DNA of 57,810 nucleotides, counting the filler, from Porpidia crustulata (taxonomy: Eukaryota), in assembly GCA_964255105.1 (NCBI GenBank). It is 5 parts of 5 records of this genome, joined end to end, with 100 filler letters (N's around TTAATTAATTAA, not from the genome) between each part and the next. Parts side by side here need not be neighbours in the genome. Positions count along the whole stretch, not along the records: positions 23,202 to 34,674 come from CAXUWE010000652.1; positions 34,775 to 46,243 come from CAXUWE010000653.1; 3 more parts are not named here. One strand, 5' to 3'. The notes beneath the pieces are model-generated. The model searched no databases. It had not been told where the DNA came from and saw nothing but the letters and a program-made list of their open reading frames with translations. This document shows positions 24,453 to 37,942 of the stretch, in pieces (position 1 is the first letter of the stretch; each line of letters begins with the position of its first letter). Made by a program: the position numbers and the translations under genes.

Positions 24453-26676
24453 ATGGGTAGTCTTCTGCCTTTCCGGGATATCAATGTTCACGCCTCGCCC
24501 TCCCACTATGCCTTTACTTCTCCTTCTTCTCCCTCAGCACCCACCCTAGTGGTCGAACGGCCCTCAGGCGATCTTCGTTTGAACGATGGTGCTCTTTTGG
24601 GTGCTAAAAGGGTCTCAAGTATTGCTGGTATACTTGGTATAATAAAGCTTAGACTAGGTAAATCTATATAACAAGTGGGATCATGGAATCTAACCGTGAT
24701 ACAGACAAGTATATAATAGTAATTACCAAAGCCCAGCCGATGGGACGTTTAAAGGGGCATATGGTATACAAAATCATTGCTACCGAATTCTTGCCTCTAC
24801 ACGAACGTGCCCTTCATGACCCAGACGAAGACACATACCTCAACCTACTAAAGACACTGCTAAAGAATGGGCCAATGTACTTTTCCTACTCCCTCGACCT
24901 TACGAATAACTTTCAGCGGCAGGCACAGTCTGACCCTTCCGCACCCTTATGGAAGCGAGCCGATGACCACTTTTTTTGGAACAAATTCATCCAATCGGAT
25001 TTGATTGAGTTTGCAATCGATACTGCATATGGCTCAAGTCCTCGACGGCGTGGAGGTCAACAAGCTGGAGTTGATCCATTTATACTACCAGTAATTTTTG
25101 GCATGATGAGGATTACTCAGACTCGGATAAAGTCGACAGCTTTAACATTCACGCTCATTACAAGGAGATCGCGGCATAGGGCCGGGACTCGTTATTTTAC
25201 CCGCGGTATTGACGATCAAGGTCATGTGGCAAATTTCAACGAAACAGAGCAGATAGTAATTCTCAACGATGGCACTGGAAGTATGGGGGGCTTTGCTGGT
25301 GGCGGCGGTATGCAGAATGGTAAGGTGGGAGGCACTGATGGTTATGACATCCAAGTCGTGTCCTTTGTTCAAACTCGTGGCAGTGTGCCGGTGTACTGGG
25401 CTGAAGTCAACACATTGAAATACGTACCTAAGCTCCAGGTCAGGAGCGCTGAGACAGCTGTTGATGCGGCACGGCGACACTTCGATGAACAGATTAGAAT
25501 CTACGGGGATAATTTTCTAGTGAACCTAGTAAACCAGAAGGGGCGAGAAGACCGAGTCAAACAGGCTTACGAACAAATGGTGAGGATGCTTGTCTCTTCA
25601 CCAACAGAATCTAAGCAAGGGGACTATCTGTCAAATGAAAAGATACTTCAAGTAGAATCAAGTCGAAGGAAACAGGAGTATGACCGGCTCCACTACATCT
25701 ATTTCGATTTCCACAACGAGACCAAAGGCCTCAAGTGGCACCGTGCACAGCTGTTGCTCGATCAGCTTACAGATGGATTGGTAAAGGGTCAATACTTTCG
25801 TGGAGTTGACATGCCTGCGGATGCCCAAGGGCGACTCGAGATCCGCAACCAGCAAACTGCAGTAGTGCGAACAAATTGTATGGATTGTCTGGATAGAACA
25901 AATGTTGTCCAGACAATGATCGCCCGCTGGACCCTGACGCGGCAACTCATTGATATTAGTGTCTTAAAGCCTGGAGAGTCTGCAGACGACGACGCGACCT
26001 TCAAGGACCTTTTCCGAAACGTTTGGGCCGACAATGCCGATGTAGTTTCGAAGTCTTATTCCGGTACTGGAGCTCTTAAAACAGACTTTACCCGCACCGG
26101 CGAGCGAAGTAGGGCCGGAATGGCTCAGGATCTCAACAATTCCCTCACTCGATATGTTAAGAACAATTTCGGAGACGGCCCTCGACAGGATGGCTTCGAT
26201 CTTTTCCATGGCGTATATCTGCCCGATACTTCCAATATCGGAAGCAGTCTCCTGTTTGTGGACCGCAGGCCGGTGCTCATCCAATCGATACCCTACGTTC
26301 TTGCCGCCAGCTTTCTCATGGTTGCCGTTTCTACGCTGGCACGGCCTCAACCGGGCTCGACTATATGGCCGCTAAGGTTCTTTGCATTGTTCTGGGTTGC
26401 GATTGGCTCATGGTGTTTCCACTTTATCTACCATCATGGCATGCTCTATGTAAACCACAATACCCTACGTTCTGGAAGCTCATGCATACTGACGCCGGCC
26501 CCTAGGTCAACTGGCCCAAGCTGAATACACCTCGTTGGGCTACAGAGAGTTATCAGGAAAATATTGGCAGTATCCGTCAAGATAAGGTGATTGGTCGCTT
26601 TGTGAGTGGCCATGAACGCGGGTTAAGTAATGCAAGACTGCTCCATTTGGAGGAGGGTAAGAAGAGGATACAGTGA
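24453..26676 (+). CDS. SAC1: Sac1 phosphoinositide phosphatase
   Basis: Exons 24453-24657, 24705-26449, 26506-26676; RAGTRYFTRG, ANFNETEQ, QTRGSVP, catalytic RTNCMDCLDRTN (CX5R), two C-terminal TM segments. Confidence 0.95.
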
Positions 26677-28066
26677 ATTTGTAACTCGGTTGGAGTTGCA
26701 TGCGTTATACCCTACTGCTAGAGCTTTGCGATATCACTATTCTCGACCCGATCTGACGTTCCGCTCCGTTGGGGTTGTGCTTTGACTCGTGGCCCCAAAT
26801 TCATAAACCATCGTCCTTCGAAGTCTTGCTACCAAGTCACTTCTCTAGCGCCTCTGGAGGCTTGGTTCCCCTTTCTCTTTGCCTTTTCCTGTTCACCGCA
26901 GTCGTCCCCTATATGGTACGATAGGAATTTAGGGTAAGTCCTCTCACCCACCAGAACATTCCCGATCCTCCCCTGCTATCAGATTGCGCGAAAGGCGTTG
27001 TAGGCGTAGAGGGAAGCACAAGGTCCATTCTTTGCGAAGACAGGTGCCCATTGCGTACTTCACCTTAATGGATTGGACCTCAACTCGCAGACCTGGTCCT
27101 CACCGAACGCCAGATCGAGATTCAATTGAACCCCATCACCGAGAACGCATTGATTGACGTTGTCCAGAACGCCGTCTACCCCGGTAACAGTTTCCAAGCT
27201 GCGCCGGTGACTTCTGCGATGGAAAAGGCTTGAGGATCACTCGAAATGCTGGGTCCAATGCTGTATAGCTAATGCTCAGAGCTGATCAAATGGCATGGGG
27301 ATTACTAAGTGGGTCATCGAATTTTTCAATAGGGTATAGCGTTGAATCCCTAGCCAGTTCGATTCTGATGAGAAATGAATGGTTGAATAGACAAACATGC
27401 GTCTCAGGTAAAGAATATAAATTTATACAATGAGTGATGTCAAGTGCAAAAATACGCATACAAAGACGTGACAGTTACCATGGAAGAAGGCGTGTTTGCG
27501 AGCTACCCCGAGGTGGAGCAAATCTCGACAGCATGACATGGATTAGAGTACCAAGAGTTCAATCATTAATCGGCTCTCATGTTGACGAAACGTCTATCAA
27601 CAACCAAAAGGCCGCACCAATTGATTCAGCCACCTCCGAACCATGCTTACGTTCCTCATCAAGAGTAGTGGACTTATGTCGGAGACTGTTCAGATATTTG
27701 ATCGGGACTTGAGGGCCCCATTGGTCAGCGTCAGATCCAACATGCGCCAAAGATTGAGCTTCTACACTACAGGTATGATTTGAAGTCATGGACCACGGTG
27801 CCTGATAAAAGGGGTAGCCTCCCAAGTAAGCGCTTTACTCTTCTAAAATCATATCAGTAAGAGGCTTAAGACAAAGAATGAAAAGGCGAAGAATAAATAA
27901 GACATGGAGAATTAACGACAATTCGTGTAGTAGATTGTAAAATGTGGGTTAGGCTGGGATGCTGGCAATCAATTTATTTCTCTCATCGTGAGTAGTGACA
28001 CGAAAGGTGTTTAATGGGGAAATCCTAAATGATCCTCGTGTCCTTACTCTACACATCATCGATTCG

Positions 28067-29629
28067 ATGTCTACACCAAAGGGCAGCACTACTTCCTCCT
28101 CCACATCTCCCCTGTTCCAATCTGGACAGCACCAAGCGAATGAGGAACTTATAACAGAGGAGAGTGTCGAAACGTCATCCCCAAAGCAATCACCTCAGTC
28201 GCAAGCTGGATTTCAGAATGTTCGAGCTACGATCCCGCGGGTCGCTGTTGATAGTGAGAGCGATACAGACAGTAGTGATCGCCATACTTTGAGACGGCAA
28301 GCTCGGCAAGAGAAAGATCAGCTGCGATATACGCCTAGCTTGGGCAACAACCTGATTGTCGACAATTCCCCTCGGCCATTGCGCCCGAATAAATACCATG
28401 GCCCCCCTTCAACATGGCGGAATTGGACCGCGGCGGAGCGGGATCTAGCAGCTAGTCTCGAACAACTAACAGCAAATGATCTCAGCGTGCATCTCTACAA
28501 CGCCTTTCATTTGAAAAACAGGCCCGACAGATCACGGGAACGGTGGGTAGAGCATCGTGGCGAGGATGTCGAAGGCACGGAAGCTTGGGTGCCGCCCAAA
28601 GTGTGGACGGCATGGCCTTTACCACCGGACCTTGTCCCTAGAGAGGGAGAAGTTCCACGCTGGGAAGAGGAAGGGCAGCGATCTAGGCGGTATTTGGAGA
28701 AGAATACTGCAAGCCGATTATTAAAGGAAATATTGGTTGGTCATGTGCTTAAAAAGGCGAAAGAAAGGTTTAAGACAAGGCAACTGGAAGATGACCAGCT
28801 ACACGAGGTGGATCGCAAGCGCGAAAGGAAATCGAGTGAACAACACAAAACGTCGCAGGATGACCTCGCAGTCTATGATGTGTTTTCTCCTGACAGGAAG
28901 GATGACGACGGACGGGCAGAGAGCGTGCTGTCGTCGTCTGGAAAAGCCGACGACGATGAAGATAGCGAGAAGGCGCAGAACTCAGAGGCGGACTCTCAAA
29001 CAAGCAGTACAACCAAGCCATCAGATGGCTACATAGATCAGCCATCCAATGATTTTGAGCCTGAGATCATGGTTGATGATGAGAAAGCGACTAATATATT
29101 AGAGCCAACATTAAACCACATTTTGATAAAGTTGGACACACTGTTGATGGGTCTTCATCATGCTAGAAATGCCTACGCGGTTGTGGATGGCTCGGCGAGC
29201 GAATTTTACAAAGACGTAGGTCAAGCTCAGCCGTCTAGGCATGGGAAAAAAGAACAAAGGAGTCCGAGACACCAGGCTAGCAGAGCACGAAGCCAAGACC
29301 AGTCCTCAGCTGGATTCGACAATGACACTGGGCAAGATAGGAAGCCATCCTCCACCGGTCGAAAACGAAGCCAACGAGCGCCCTCGTTACGTCGAAAAAG
29401 TAAGCCCAGACTTGGCCTTCGGGATTGGAGTGATGTTTTAGGTGTTGCTTCAATGACTGGTTGGAAGCCAGCCGCTGTGGAAGATGCAGTCATCAGATGC
29501 ACTGCGCTCTTCGATGAAGGCATTACCTTGAGGACTTTGTCGGAATCTAATGCCCGATTCGAAGAGATCTTATACACTGCGGGAAACTCCAAACACGTAA
29601 GGATCGAGAAGGGTAGTGTACTAGATTAG
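28067..29629 (+). CDS. Rrn9-domain protein (RNA polymerase I initiation factor-like)
   Basis: RPNKYHGPPSTWRNWT..ERDLAASL..DLSVHLYNAF..WVPPKVWTAWPL, ILIKLDTLLMGLH, LGLRDWSDVLGVASMTGW..RC..LF. Confidence 0.8.
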   Translation: MSTPKGSTTSSSTSPLFQSGQHQANEELITEESVETSSPKQSPQSQAGFQNVRATIPRVAVDSESDTDSSDRHTLRRQARQEKDQLRYTPSLGNNLIVDNSPRPLRPNKYHGPPSTWRNWTAAERDLAASLEQLTANDLSVHLYNAFHLKNRPDRSRERWVEHRGEDVEGTEAWVPPKVWTAWPLPPDLVPREGEVPRWEEEGQRSRRYLEKNTASRLLKEILVGHVLKKAKERFKTRQLEDDQLHEVDRKRERKSSEQHKTSQDDLAVYDVFSPDRKDDDGRAESVLSSSGKADDDEDSEKAQNSEADSQTSSTTKPSDGYIDQPSNDFEPEIMVDDEKATNILEPTLNHILIKLDTLLMGLHHARNAYAVVDGSASEFYKDVGQAQPSRHGKKEQRSPRHQASRARSQDQSSAGFDNDTGQDRKPSSTGRKRSQRAPSLRRKSKPRLGLRDWSDVLGVASMTGWKPAAVEDAVIRCTALFDEGITLRTLSESNARFEEILYTAGNSKHVRIEKGSVLD

Positions 29630-32218
29630 AGCACGTTTCCGTTCAAAGTGGCGATTTCAATGTGAGTGGCGAGGAACTGGCTGGACACCCCTATCAGGAT
29701 GCCTTTCCAGGGCTAATCCAAGCTCAGAGAAAACGGGAACGGGGTGAGAAATTAGGAAGAAGCTTGCATCAACAATAATGACGTTATTACACTGGCTTGG
29801 AATTGCTTCATGGTGGGTAGTCACTTGATCGATCACGATATGGTGGTGCGAGCATGGGACTGCAACAACTGAAGACGATTATCGCAGGACGAATGGCTAC
29901 TTTGTCAACAGATGGCAATAATCCGATGGCGTATTTAACCAATTAAACGCTCCTTATCGGGGAAAGGCGCCTTTGTACGAAGCGGTGGCTTTTTATCGTT
30001 TTCCAAAAGCGTGTAGTACCGGACTCGAAAGGCCACATATCAATGATGGGGGGATGGTACGACCGTTGGAGGTTGGGGGCAGCCATCGACCGTTCATCGT
30101 CCATAATATTACTTGCATACGCATCCTCACTTGACAGTATCGATAGTCTGATTTAGTATTGGAGTTACACCGAACGCCTTGTGGCTGCTTTGCGTTGTAC
30201 GAATACGCACGACATGTCATGACAACATCCCATCCGCCACATTCTAGAGGGTCTAAACGAGGAATGAACAAGGCGACAGGCATCAGTCCGTCGTGACTCT
30301 GGAATCTGAGTGCTGGATTTTGCGACCAGCTTCTTTCCCAGCTGAAACTTCCGTCACCTGCAGGCGCACCGCTGTAACTTCAAGTCTCAGCCTCGATTGT
30401 TGCATTCGTCTAATGCAGTCTCACTTCCTCATCACTAAATGAAGGCTGTCAGTAAGGTAACGGTCACGACGAGCAGCCTGATGATTGAATCTAGGACTAT
30501 CCCTGCAGCCTGGGGATCAAGTATTTCCCCCCCCCCACCTATATATTAGTGCTGTTGATTTAGCACGGAAGAAAGTCCGCGATGCACATTGTCGCTTAAG
30601 AACGTCAATATTGGCGTAGAGATGAGCCGATGCTATCTCGTAGATGCATCCACTGGGCGCATGTCTTTTTAGACCCATTCTCGGAGGGCATGAGCGTGTA
30701 GGTGGGTAAGTAGGTAGGTGAGTCAGTAGATAGAGGGTGAAGGAGTAGGAGATAGAACGGGAGTGTGCCGTTATTGAGCGCGTGGATGTCTTTCCCGTGG
30801 CGAGCGAGGGACGGCCCCTCGGGCGCTGTACTCTAGCGCCAGAAACCAGAAGCTTCGATAAGGTTGTCCCCCCCACCGCCCCCCCGGAACATCCCACTGG
30901 CTGCCTATGTCACCTAGCGACTCACCTAAACGTCCAGGGAGCTCCGGAGTACTCACTTGGTTAATACTACGACCACTATCACTGCTACCACTGCTACCAC
31001 ATTATTCTACCTCCCTACTTCCAATCTACCAACATACCACCAACACCCTCTCCCGTCCCCCCGACACTTATCGCTGCAGAGGTTCAACGTGTCGCCCATG
31101 CCACCAGTCTATATTTATTGCATCGCGTGAGCGCTGCACGCCCTTGCCCTTCGGTCGTCCTTCGGCTAAAGTGCAGTGAACTGCTGCATCGCTCGACTAG
31201 CACAGATTTCATCCTTGTTACTGTCGCCGTCTCCTTGGCAAAATCCTTGGCCGTCCAGGGTGTCTCACTTGGTCGTCGAGTCATTGCGCCACGTGGAGAA
31301 TCCTGAACGCCCCCACGACCCTGCATTCTTCAACGGCTGTGAGCACCTATAGTAGCTCTACTTCTGTGCTCATAGTACGATGCTTGCAGCTTTCTCGATG
31401 GCCAGACTCCCCCCCGCCGAAGAAAGCCGACCCATCGTGAGATCGATTAATTTACAATGTGTCATGAAGTCCGGTTGAGTGGGCTGCTTGATCGTCAAGA
31501 AGCCAGCAACATCAGCTCGTCGCAGTACGCCCAAACAGCTGATCCAGAGATTTGACTGTATCTTGAAAGCGGCATGAGAGTTGCTAAAGTCATGCCAAGC
31601 AGGTTTTGCGACGGCTGAGAAACTCAAAATTCCGTAAGCTTCCACGCGGGAGATCCCTGACTTCGGCCTTACCTGGCGTTTCTTGATGCATCTATGAAGA
31701 AACGCAAGCTATGAGGATCATGCCAGGAACGCTTATCAGTCTTGATATAATCCGGCGGCTACCAATATATCCCCTCCCTCTGTTCCGGGGGCCCCACTGA
31801 TCCTTCGAGACTGCGGACTATTTGTAATGATCCAACCTGGGGTGCCGCTCAGATTTGCCAATTCCCCCTATCAATATTCATGCGGCTGCATCCTTTCGTT
31901 CCGCCTACAGATAATAGCTCAATCAGTGATTTAGGTTGGATCAGTGCCGTACATTTACAGGCATACTCGGGGGTTAGTCCGGCAGGTCAGCATTTGCTAC
32001 TTTCGCTTCGATCCAAAACCGATGTTATTGAGACAACGGTAGGGAAGGCAAGGGTTCGAGTAGCGAACAGCAATTCTATAGCCCACTCGCTCTTGATATG
32101 GTACTTTTACATCAGCAACATCTCAGGGGAATCTGTACTTATTGATCCAGCAATATTGTTATAAGCTGCTTGCGAAGCCGAGAAGCAACAGAGTGGAGCA
32201 GTCCTTGACATACGTACC

Positions 32219-33243
32219 ATGTTTTCGACTTTACGGTACACGAAGGATGCGAGCAAGGAAACCATTTGCATAGAGCAAGCAAACGACCTGCCAGGCCAAG
32301 GTCATGGACAGCGACATTCTGCGTGCAATTATTGTCGGGCAAAGAAGGTTCGTATATGATGCTCACGCATACGACATTGTCCAGTTGCGCATGGCGTCCT
32401 TCCTACCATGTTTTATGGAATGCAAAGCTCTCTGATTTATTGCTGAATAGAACAAAAGTATGTCAATACTAACTGTTTGTACAGCTCAAGTGTCTTGGCG
32501 AAAATAGAAATTCGGAGCGAAAAGAAGACGTCTCGTGTGATCGATGTCGAACAAATGGCATCAAATGTGTGTTCCCAGAACCTTCTTCGAATAAGGGCTC
32601 GAAGCGGCGCAGGTCTACTCAGATAAATTCTCGGACGTCCAACTCAACTACGAGTACCCCTTCGTCGCCTGCGGCCCCGGTTCCAAAGACTCTGCCCCCT
32701 CAGGTTCGGACAGGCATGAATCATGAAGTGGTTAGAGGCGGACGGCTACCCCGGACTTATAGCGACAGTGAAACGCTATCCGATGAAGCAATGCAATCCA
32801 TTGTCGGCTTTGAGCCTGAGCGGCGCGCACAACAACCGAATACAATTGGAACCCAATCTCTCGGCGGGCATATCGAGAACACACAATATAGCAATAACAG
32901 GAATGACCTTACCCATCAATTCGATTTCAACTTGTCGATGCTTTCGACCGCCGACGACTCTCATCATTTCGATTACTCACCCAACAATTCCAATGAATGG
33001 TCGGCGGTAACGTACGGACTGCATGATGCGAACGTCTACAGTAAGTTACGGGCTAGGCCATTTTCAGGACATGGGAATTGCACAAGCTGATGCGGTACAG
33101 GAAATTACAACCCCAACGGCTTCTCAATCAGCCCAAGCTCATATCCTGTGGACTATGGCCATGTGGATCCTGCAGTACCTTGGGGAATGCCCACGCAGCC
33201 TAACAATCGGCCTTTCCACATGGGTGACACGTGGAAACCTTAA
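32219..33243 (+). CDS. Short Zn(II)2Cys6 transcription factor, 275 aa
   Basis: Exons 32219-32347, 32485-33040, 33101-33243 splice in frame; ACNYCRAKK/LKCLGENRNSERKEDVSCDRCRTNGIKCVF is a complete C2-C6-C-C2-C6 cluster. Confidence 0.85.
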
Positions 33244-34674
33244 GCGCTATTACCTATCTCAGTAGCGCCGAGTTTGGGCTAATGCGGCCCCGGTCGTACC
33301 CTTCCTATTCCGGTCGTCCATGTAACAACATTTCAAATAGTGCATACCGTTTGCATTGGCCATGTTCCGCTTCCAACCGCTGCATGCATGGCTTGTACCC
33401 GCCGGCGAAGTCTTGCAGAGACTTGTCAGAAAGAGAATCTCATTCACAACACCTTTCCTCATTTCTTCTTCTGTACCTTGTGCGAATACAAGACTTTAGA
33501 CGTCTTTCATACACTAGAAGATGCCAGATAGAGTACCGACATATCTATTCTGGGGTTCACAGCTAGCTGGCCTAGTCTTTTAGATATACACTGCTATAAT
33601 ACATACATGGTTCGCTTAACCAAACCGTCTGACATCCATTGATAGCGACCATAGCGGCGTACTTGGCCCGTAAAGAAGCCAAAACTGGCGATTTTTTCCT
33701 TTCGCTGATAGTTGGCGGCCTATGAAGAGCCGTAGATTCATTTATCGATCACGGAGATTGAGTTGTCTCATGGAAGGTAATCCAAAATGGCCATACCTTT
33801 TTGGATATGACCAGAAATTGAAGACATCTATCCAATAAACGCTAACCCGCACGCCGGAAATTAAATTTTCCACAATTAAACATCCCATCTCTCCATGATC
33901 AAACCACCAATCCATCCCAGCGCTTACAGCTATCGTCCCTCTTTCCTGCACAGCTGGTAGGATCTGTGCGCCGCGGTTCTTAGGACTTGTGGAGAGACTC
34001 GGTGGAGAGATCCTTAGTCGTTGATGGTGAGCTATCTCAAGATAAGAATCAGGGTTTAAAAGTACCTCGACATCGCTGCCGCTGTCGTTCGGCAAGGTCA
34101 TTCGATTATCACTAATCGAACATGAAGACGATGACGATGAATGCTGTATGTTATCAGCTAATGCCACGATAAACCCCTTCCTAATGTGCTGACCCAGCCC
34201 AACCTCACAAGCCACAGATCACAAGCCACTAGCCACAAGTCTCAATCAGGGAAAAATCCCAACTCACCACGCTCACCTCCCTCAATAATCTCATTCTCAA
34301 ATTCTCCAACCCCAAATCCGCTTTCGTTTGATCTCGCGTTAAAGCAACAGCTACACCGTCAAACCATCTCCATCATTTCGCAATCCTCACAACTCCCCAC
34401 CGCTTTCTCGGAAAGCTGGGGGGTTATTTTTATCTTTTTTACCTTTTTTTTTTACCTTTTTTATTTATTTTACTTTTTCAATACAGAATGCCAGTATGTG
34501 AGGTGCATAAAGCATGTTAATTTCTAAGCGAAAGTGTATGCGGTATTTGTGATGGGGATTTTGGTTATTTGGGGTGATGAGAATATGATGCGTTTGTGTG
34601 TAGTATCTACACCCAACACCGAAAATTAAATCCCCCCTCCAAAGCCCACAAAGCAAAGGCACCGAGTCGTAATC

Positions 34675-34774
34675 NNNNNNNNNNNNNNNNNNNNNNNNNN
34701 NNNNNNNNNNNNNNNNNNTTAATTAATTAANNNNNNNNNNNNNNNNNNNNNNNNNNNNNNNNNNNNNNNNNNNN
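34675..34774. other. Artificial contig spacer
   Basis: N44-TTAATTAATTAA-N44. Confidence 0.97.
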
Positions 34775-36118
34775 GGCTTTGGAAATGACGGAGGGGGTGA
34801 CTGGCTGCTCGGAGAGTTCCCCATTCATGTGGCTGTGATTCGAGATGCCTAGACCGACATCTTCCTCATCTGGCTCTTCGGCGAGGTTCTCGGATATTTT
34901 CTTATCCGGGCTATGCGCTCTCAAGTCAGTTGGCGATTCCATGGTTATCAGTCCCGGAATTTCTGTCTGAGTACCGCGGTCCGTATTTGTGCTGGCAATA
35001 CTAAGACGGCCGCTGTTTCGCTTGCTATGTTTGCTGTCAAGACTGTGGCGGCGACTGTAGGAGTTGTAGATCGGGCTTGAAGGGGAAGGTCTGTACTCGA
35101 AAACTTCCATACTTGGACGATTCTTCGTCCCGGCTTCGCGGATTTCCATGCCTTCTTGCTCTAGAGCTTTGACTCCAAATGGATCTGGGTCGTCTTCGAG
35201 TGGTGGAAGACCAAATCCAGTGGAATCAGTAATCTCCATGTCACCTGGCGTGGGCTCTGGGGCTGGTAAAGCTGCTTCGTCTACGTCGTTATCTCCTTGG
35301 GCGGCTTTCAGTGTTGCCATCAACGTCTTCAACTCGTAAGGAGGATGCCGGACTTTTCCGGCCATTATGTCGGAAACCCTTATCCTCTCCCCGTAAAACC
35401 TCTCGTTCTCGTCAGTCCGTTCAATAATGACAGTCCCATCGACCTGCACTCCAGCGTAGAACCCGCGGCTTTTGAGATATGTCCATATCGGTGCCTGCCT
35501 TTTGTGGATTTCCGTTTCGAGAACTCCACCCACGCCTACTGGGCCTGCCACAGCACTAATCTCTCCGCCCAAGGTACATCTCAGTTTCGTGAAAGCTTGG
35601 AGCGCCTTTTCGGAATTGATGACCACCACGCAATCGTAAATGTCCACACCCACCAGGAAGCCCAAACCGGCAGTGTGCAGCATGATCCCAGAAGGCGGCG
35701 ACCATTCTCCATTGGGTGTTCTTGCGACCAAAATGCCGCTGCCTCCAGCCCCACTGACCCACAGACCCGTTCTCATGGTTGTGAATATGGCCAAGCCCTT
35801 GGCTTCTCGGATGACCTTGGTAGGAATTTTCTTAACCACTTTGGCTTTTCCCTTGGGCGCATCTTTGGACGGTGCATGTCCTTCCTCTTCGACATAGAAG
35901 CCATCTTTGCAGAAGCTACGCAGAATGCGCGCAGCCTTGTCCGATTCTTTGTCAAGTGTCGTCGGCCAAAAGGCTTCTGATCCTATTTTGTTGGAGAGGG
36001 CATTAACTGGAGCACCGAGCTTGTCGAGGGCATTCCAAGCTTTATCAAAGCCCTTCTTCGAGGTTGTCTTTGTTGCGGACCATGAAGGAAGACTGACGGC
36101 AGGAAGGTTGACTGGCAT
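34775..36118 (-). CDS. SYLF/Ysc84 (DUF500) actin-binding-domain protein, 3' end truncated by contig end
   Basis: KAARILRSF, AKGLAIF..SGAGGSGILVAR..WSPPSGI, TLGGEISAVAGPVG, YLKSRGFYAGVQVDGTVIIERTDENERFYG. Confidence 0.9.
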
Positions 36119-37942
36119 CTTGGACTGTCGGCAAGAGGGTGACTAGTACGACGAAGGAATGAAGACAGCCTGACGAGATATAAAGACTAATTCAGAGCCC
36201 AAGGCTGAATGCGACAATCTTCATATCAGCACGTCAAAAATGTATTGTCGAGGCGTACGAGGCAGAGCAAGCGGCATGGTTCCGACTTTCCTTCCGGAGG
36301 AACCGAGTGTCCTGATTACTGTACTCGCAGACTGTGGGAGACGAATTAAGGCAAACAGAAGTGGTTCGGAGCGCATGCAAGAGGACTGTTACGCAGCCAG
36401 CCACCCGCCGTCACTGGAAGACAAGGTTGCCTATGATTTCCAACAAGCCTCAGCCCAAGACGAATAAAGATGAAGGTTTATAGAGAGTCGGGAGCTTTGC
36501 GTCATAAAGTCGCTGCCCGAACAAGATATCCTAAAGCGGCCGTATATTACTTAGTCATGCAGCTATTCAGCCATATTTGCGCTTGCCTCATTTCTCAGAC
36601 GTGCACTGTAGTGACAAGAAAATTCATATTCAAACAATATCTATGAATACAGATATCGAGCAAAATATCTGAATATTCTGAATATCACTACAGTACTGAG
36701 ATGTTTCAAGTGCAGAAGCATGACTCGCCAGCAAACAGCAGCTTCGATCGGATCGACGACAAAGGACACCTCTGTAACCTTTGAGAGCAGTCAATAATTT
36801 TACATCAGTTGAGAAGTAAGAAAGAAAACACCGGTATGATCCGGACTTTCAATGAGAGTCAAAAGAGGCGGAAGGTCTGCCTATGTCGCGACCTTCAAAT
36901 GATATGAAGCAAAATCGATGCGGATTGTGATAGCTGGATGCACGCATTTACTCCTGGATTTGTCTTATGTCGTTTTTTTTACAGCTTGACCGCTGCTATA
37001 TCTTCCCAGCCTTGATCGACAATATGCCCCGTAACCTTCACATGAATGCCAATAACTACAATACTGATCAGATAATTTTTTGTGTGGGTATTCGTCAAGC
37101 GCTTCGTTCTTCGTAGATGCGGCTTTCGACGCATATAATACTAGATATATAAGAGTCTTTGAGCTTGGAAAGATAAAATAACGCTCGTTCAGACATCTCT
37201 TAGGAATTATCGATCTTCCCTCCTTTATGACATGTCTAGCATCTTGCTTCTTCCTTGATTTTCTTTTTTAGTGTCTCGCAATCTCTTAGGCGCTTGATAC
37301 GGACGATGCTACACTTTTGATCTCTTTATCCGTCTTGGCGGTACTTCCTGCCATTCTGATAGACATAATTCTAGCTGCAAGACTCTGCAGATCAAAGGTT
37401 GTAGGAGACTGACGGAGAGAGGGAATGTACGTTGGACACGGGTGACTCAAGGAGTTGAGCGAGGACGAGGGTTTCGATGTTCAGCCGAGAAGGTATAGCC
37501 TACTTTATATTTCGAGTTCAGATGTCTCCGGTATTTTCATCTCAGCAGCGGGTTTCACCTTTACAATCTTGGTCAAAAGAATGATAGAATACGATCTCGT
37601 TTTAGGAGTCTTTATAACTTGCGGAGATCGAGCTAGAGTAAAATAATCGTACGAAATGAAACGTCTGAAGCAGTAAAAGATTTAGGACGCAGGAGGTGCT
37701 GTATGCTAGATGCAAACAAGTATGACTATCTTTTCCCTTATATTATAGATCTACGAATTTCGTGCAATCAGATGGTTGAAAGAACGCGACATCAACATAC
37801 TTGTCTGAAGCTTCACAACGAAAGAAAGGGCTTTTCGCGCGTCCTATTGAGTCAGTTGATGTTGCAGATATGTTCGAAACATATCTACAACGTCGAAATG
37901 AAAGTTAGCTCATACTTCGCTCGAAAGAGAATCATGATAGAC

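Noticed and set aside
33259..34527. Cys-containing short ORFs (CTLCEYK) and the 157-aa ORF 33742-34215
   Set aside because: No complete zinc-finger spacing, multiple stops and low-complexity flanks
35297..35980. Long antisense ORFs (also 38356-38868, 25964-26350, 22096-22572)
   Set aside because: They are shadows or alternate frames of well-supported genes
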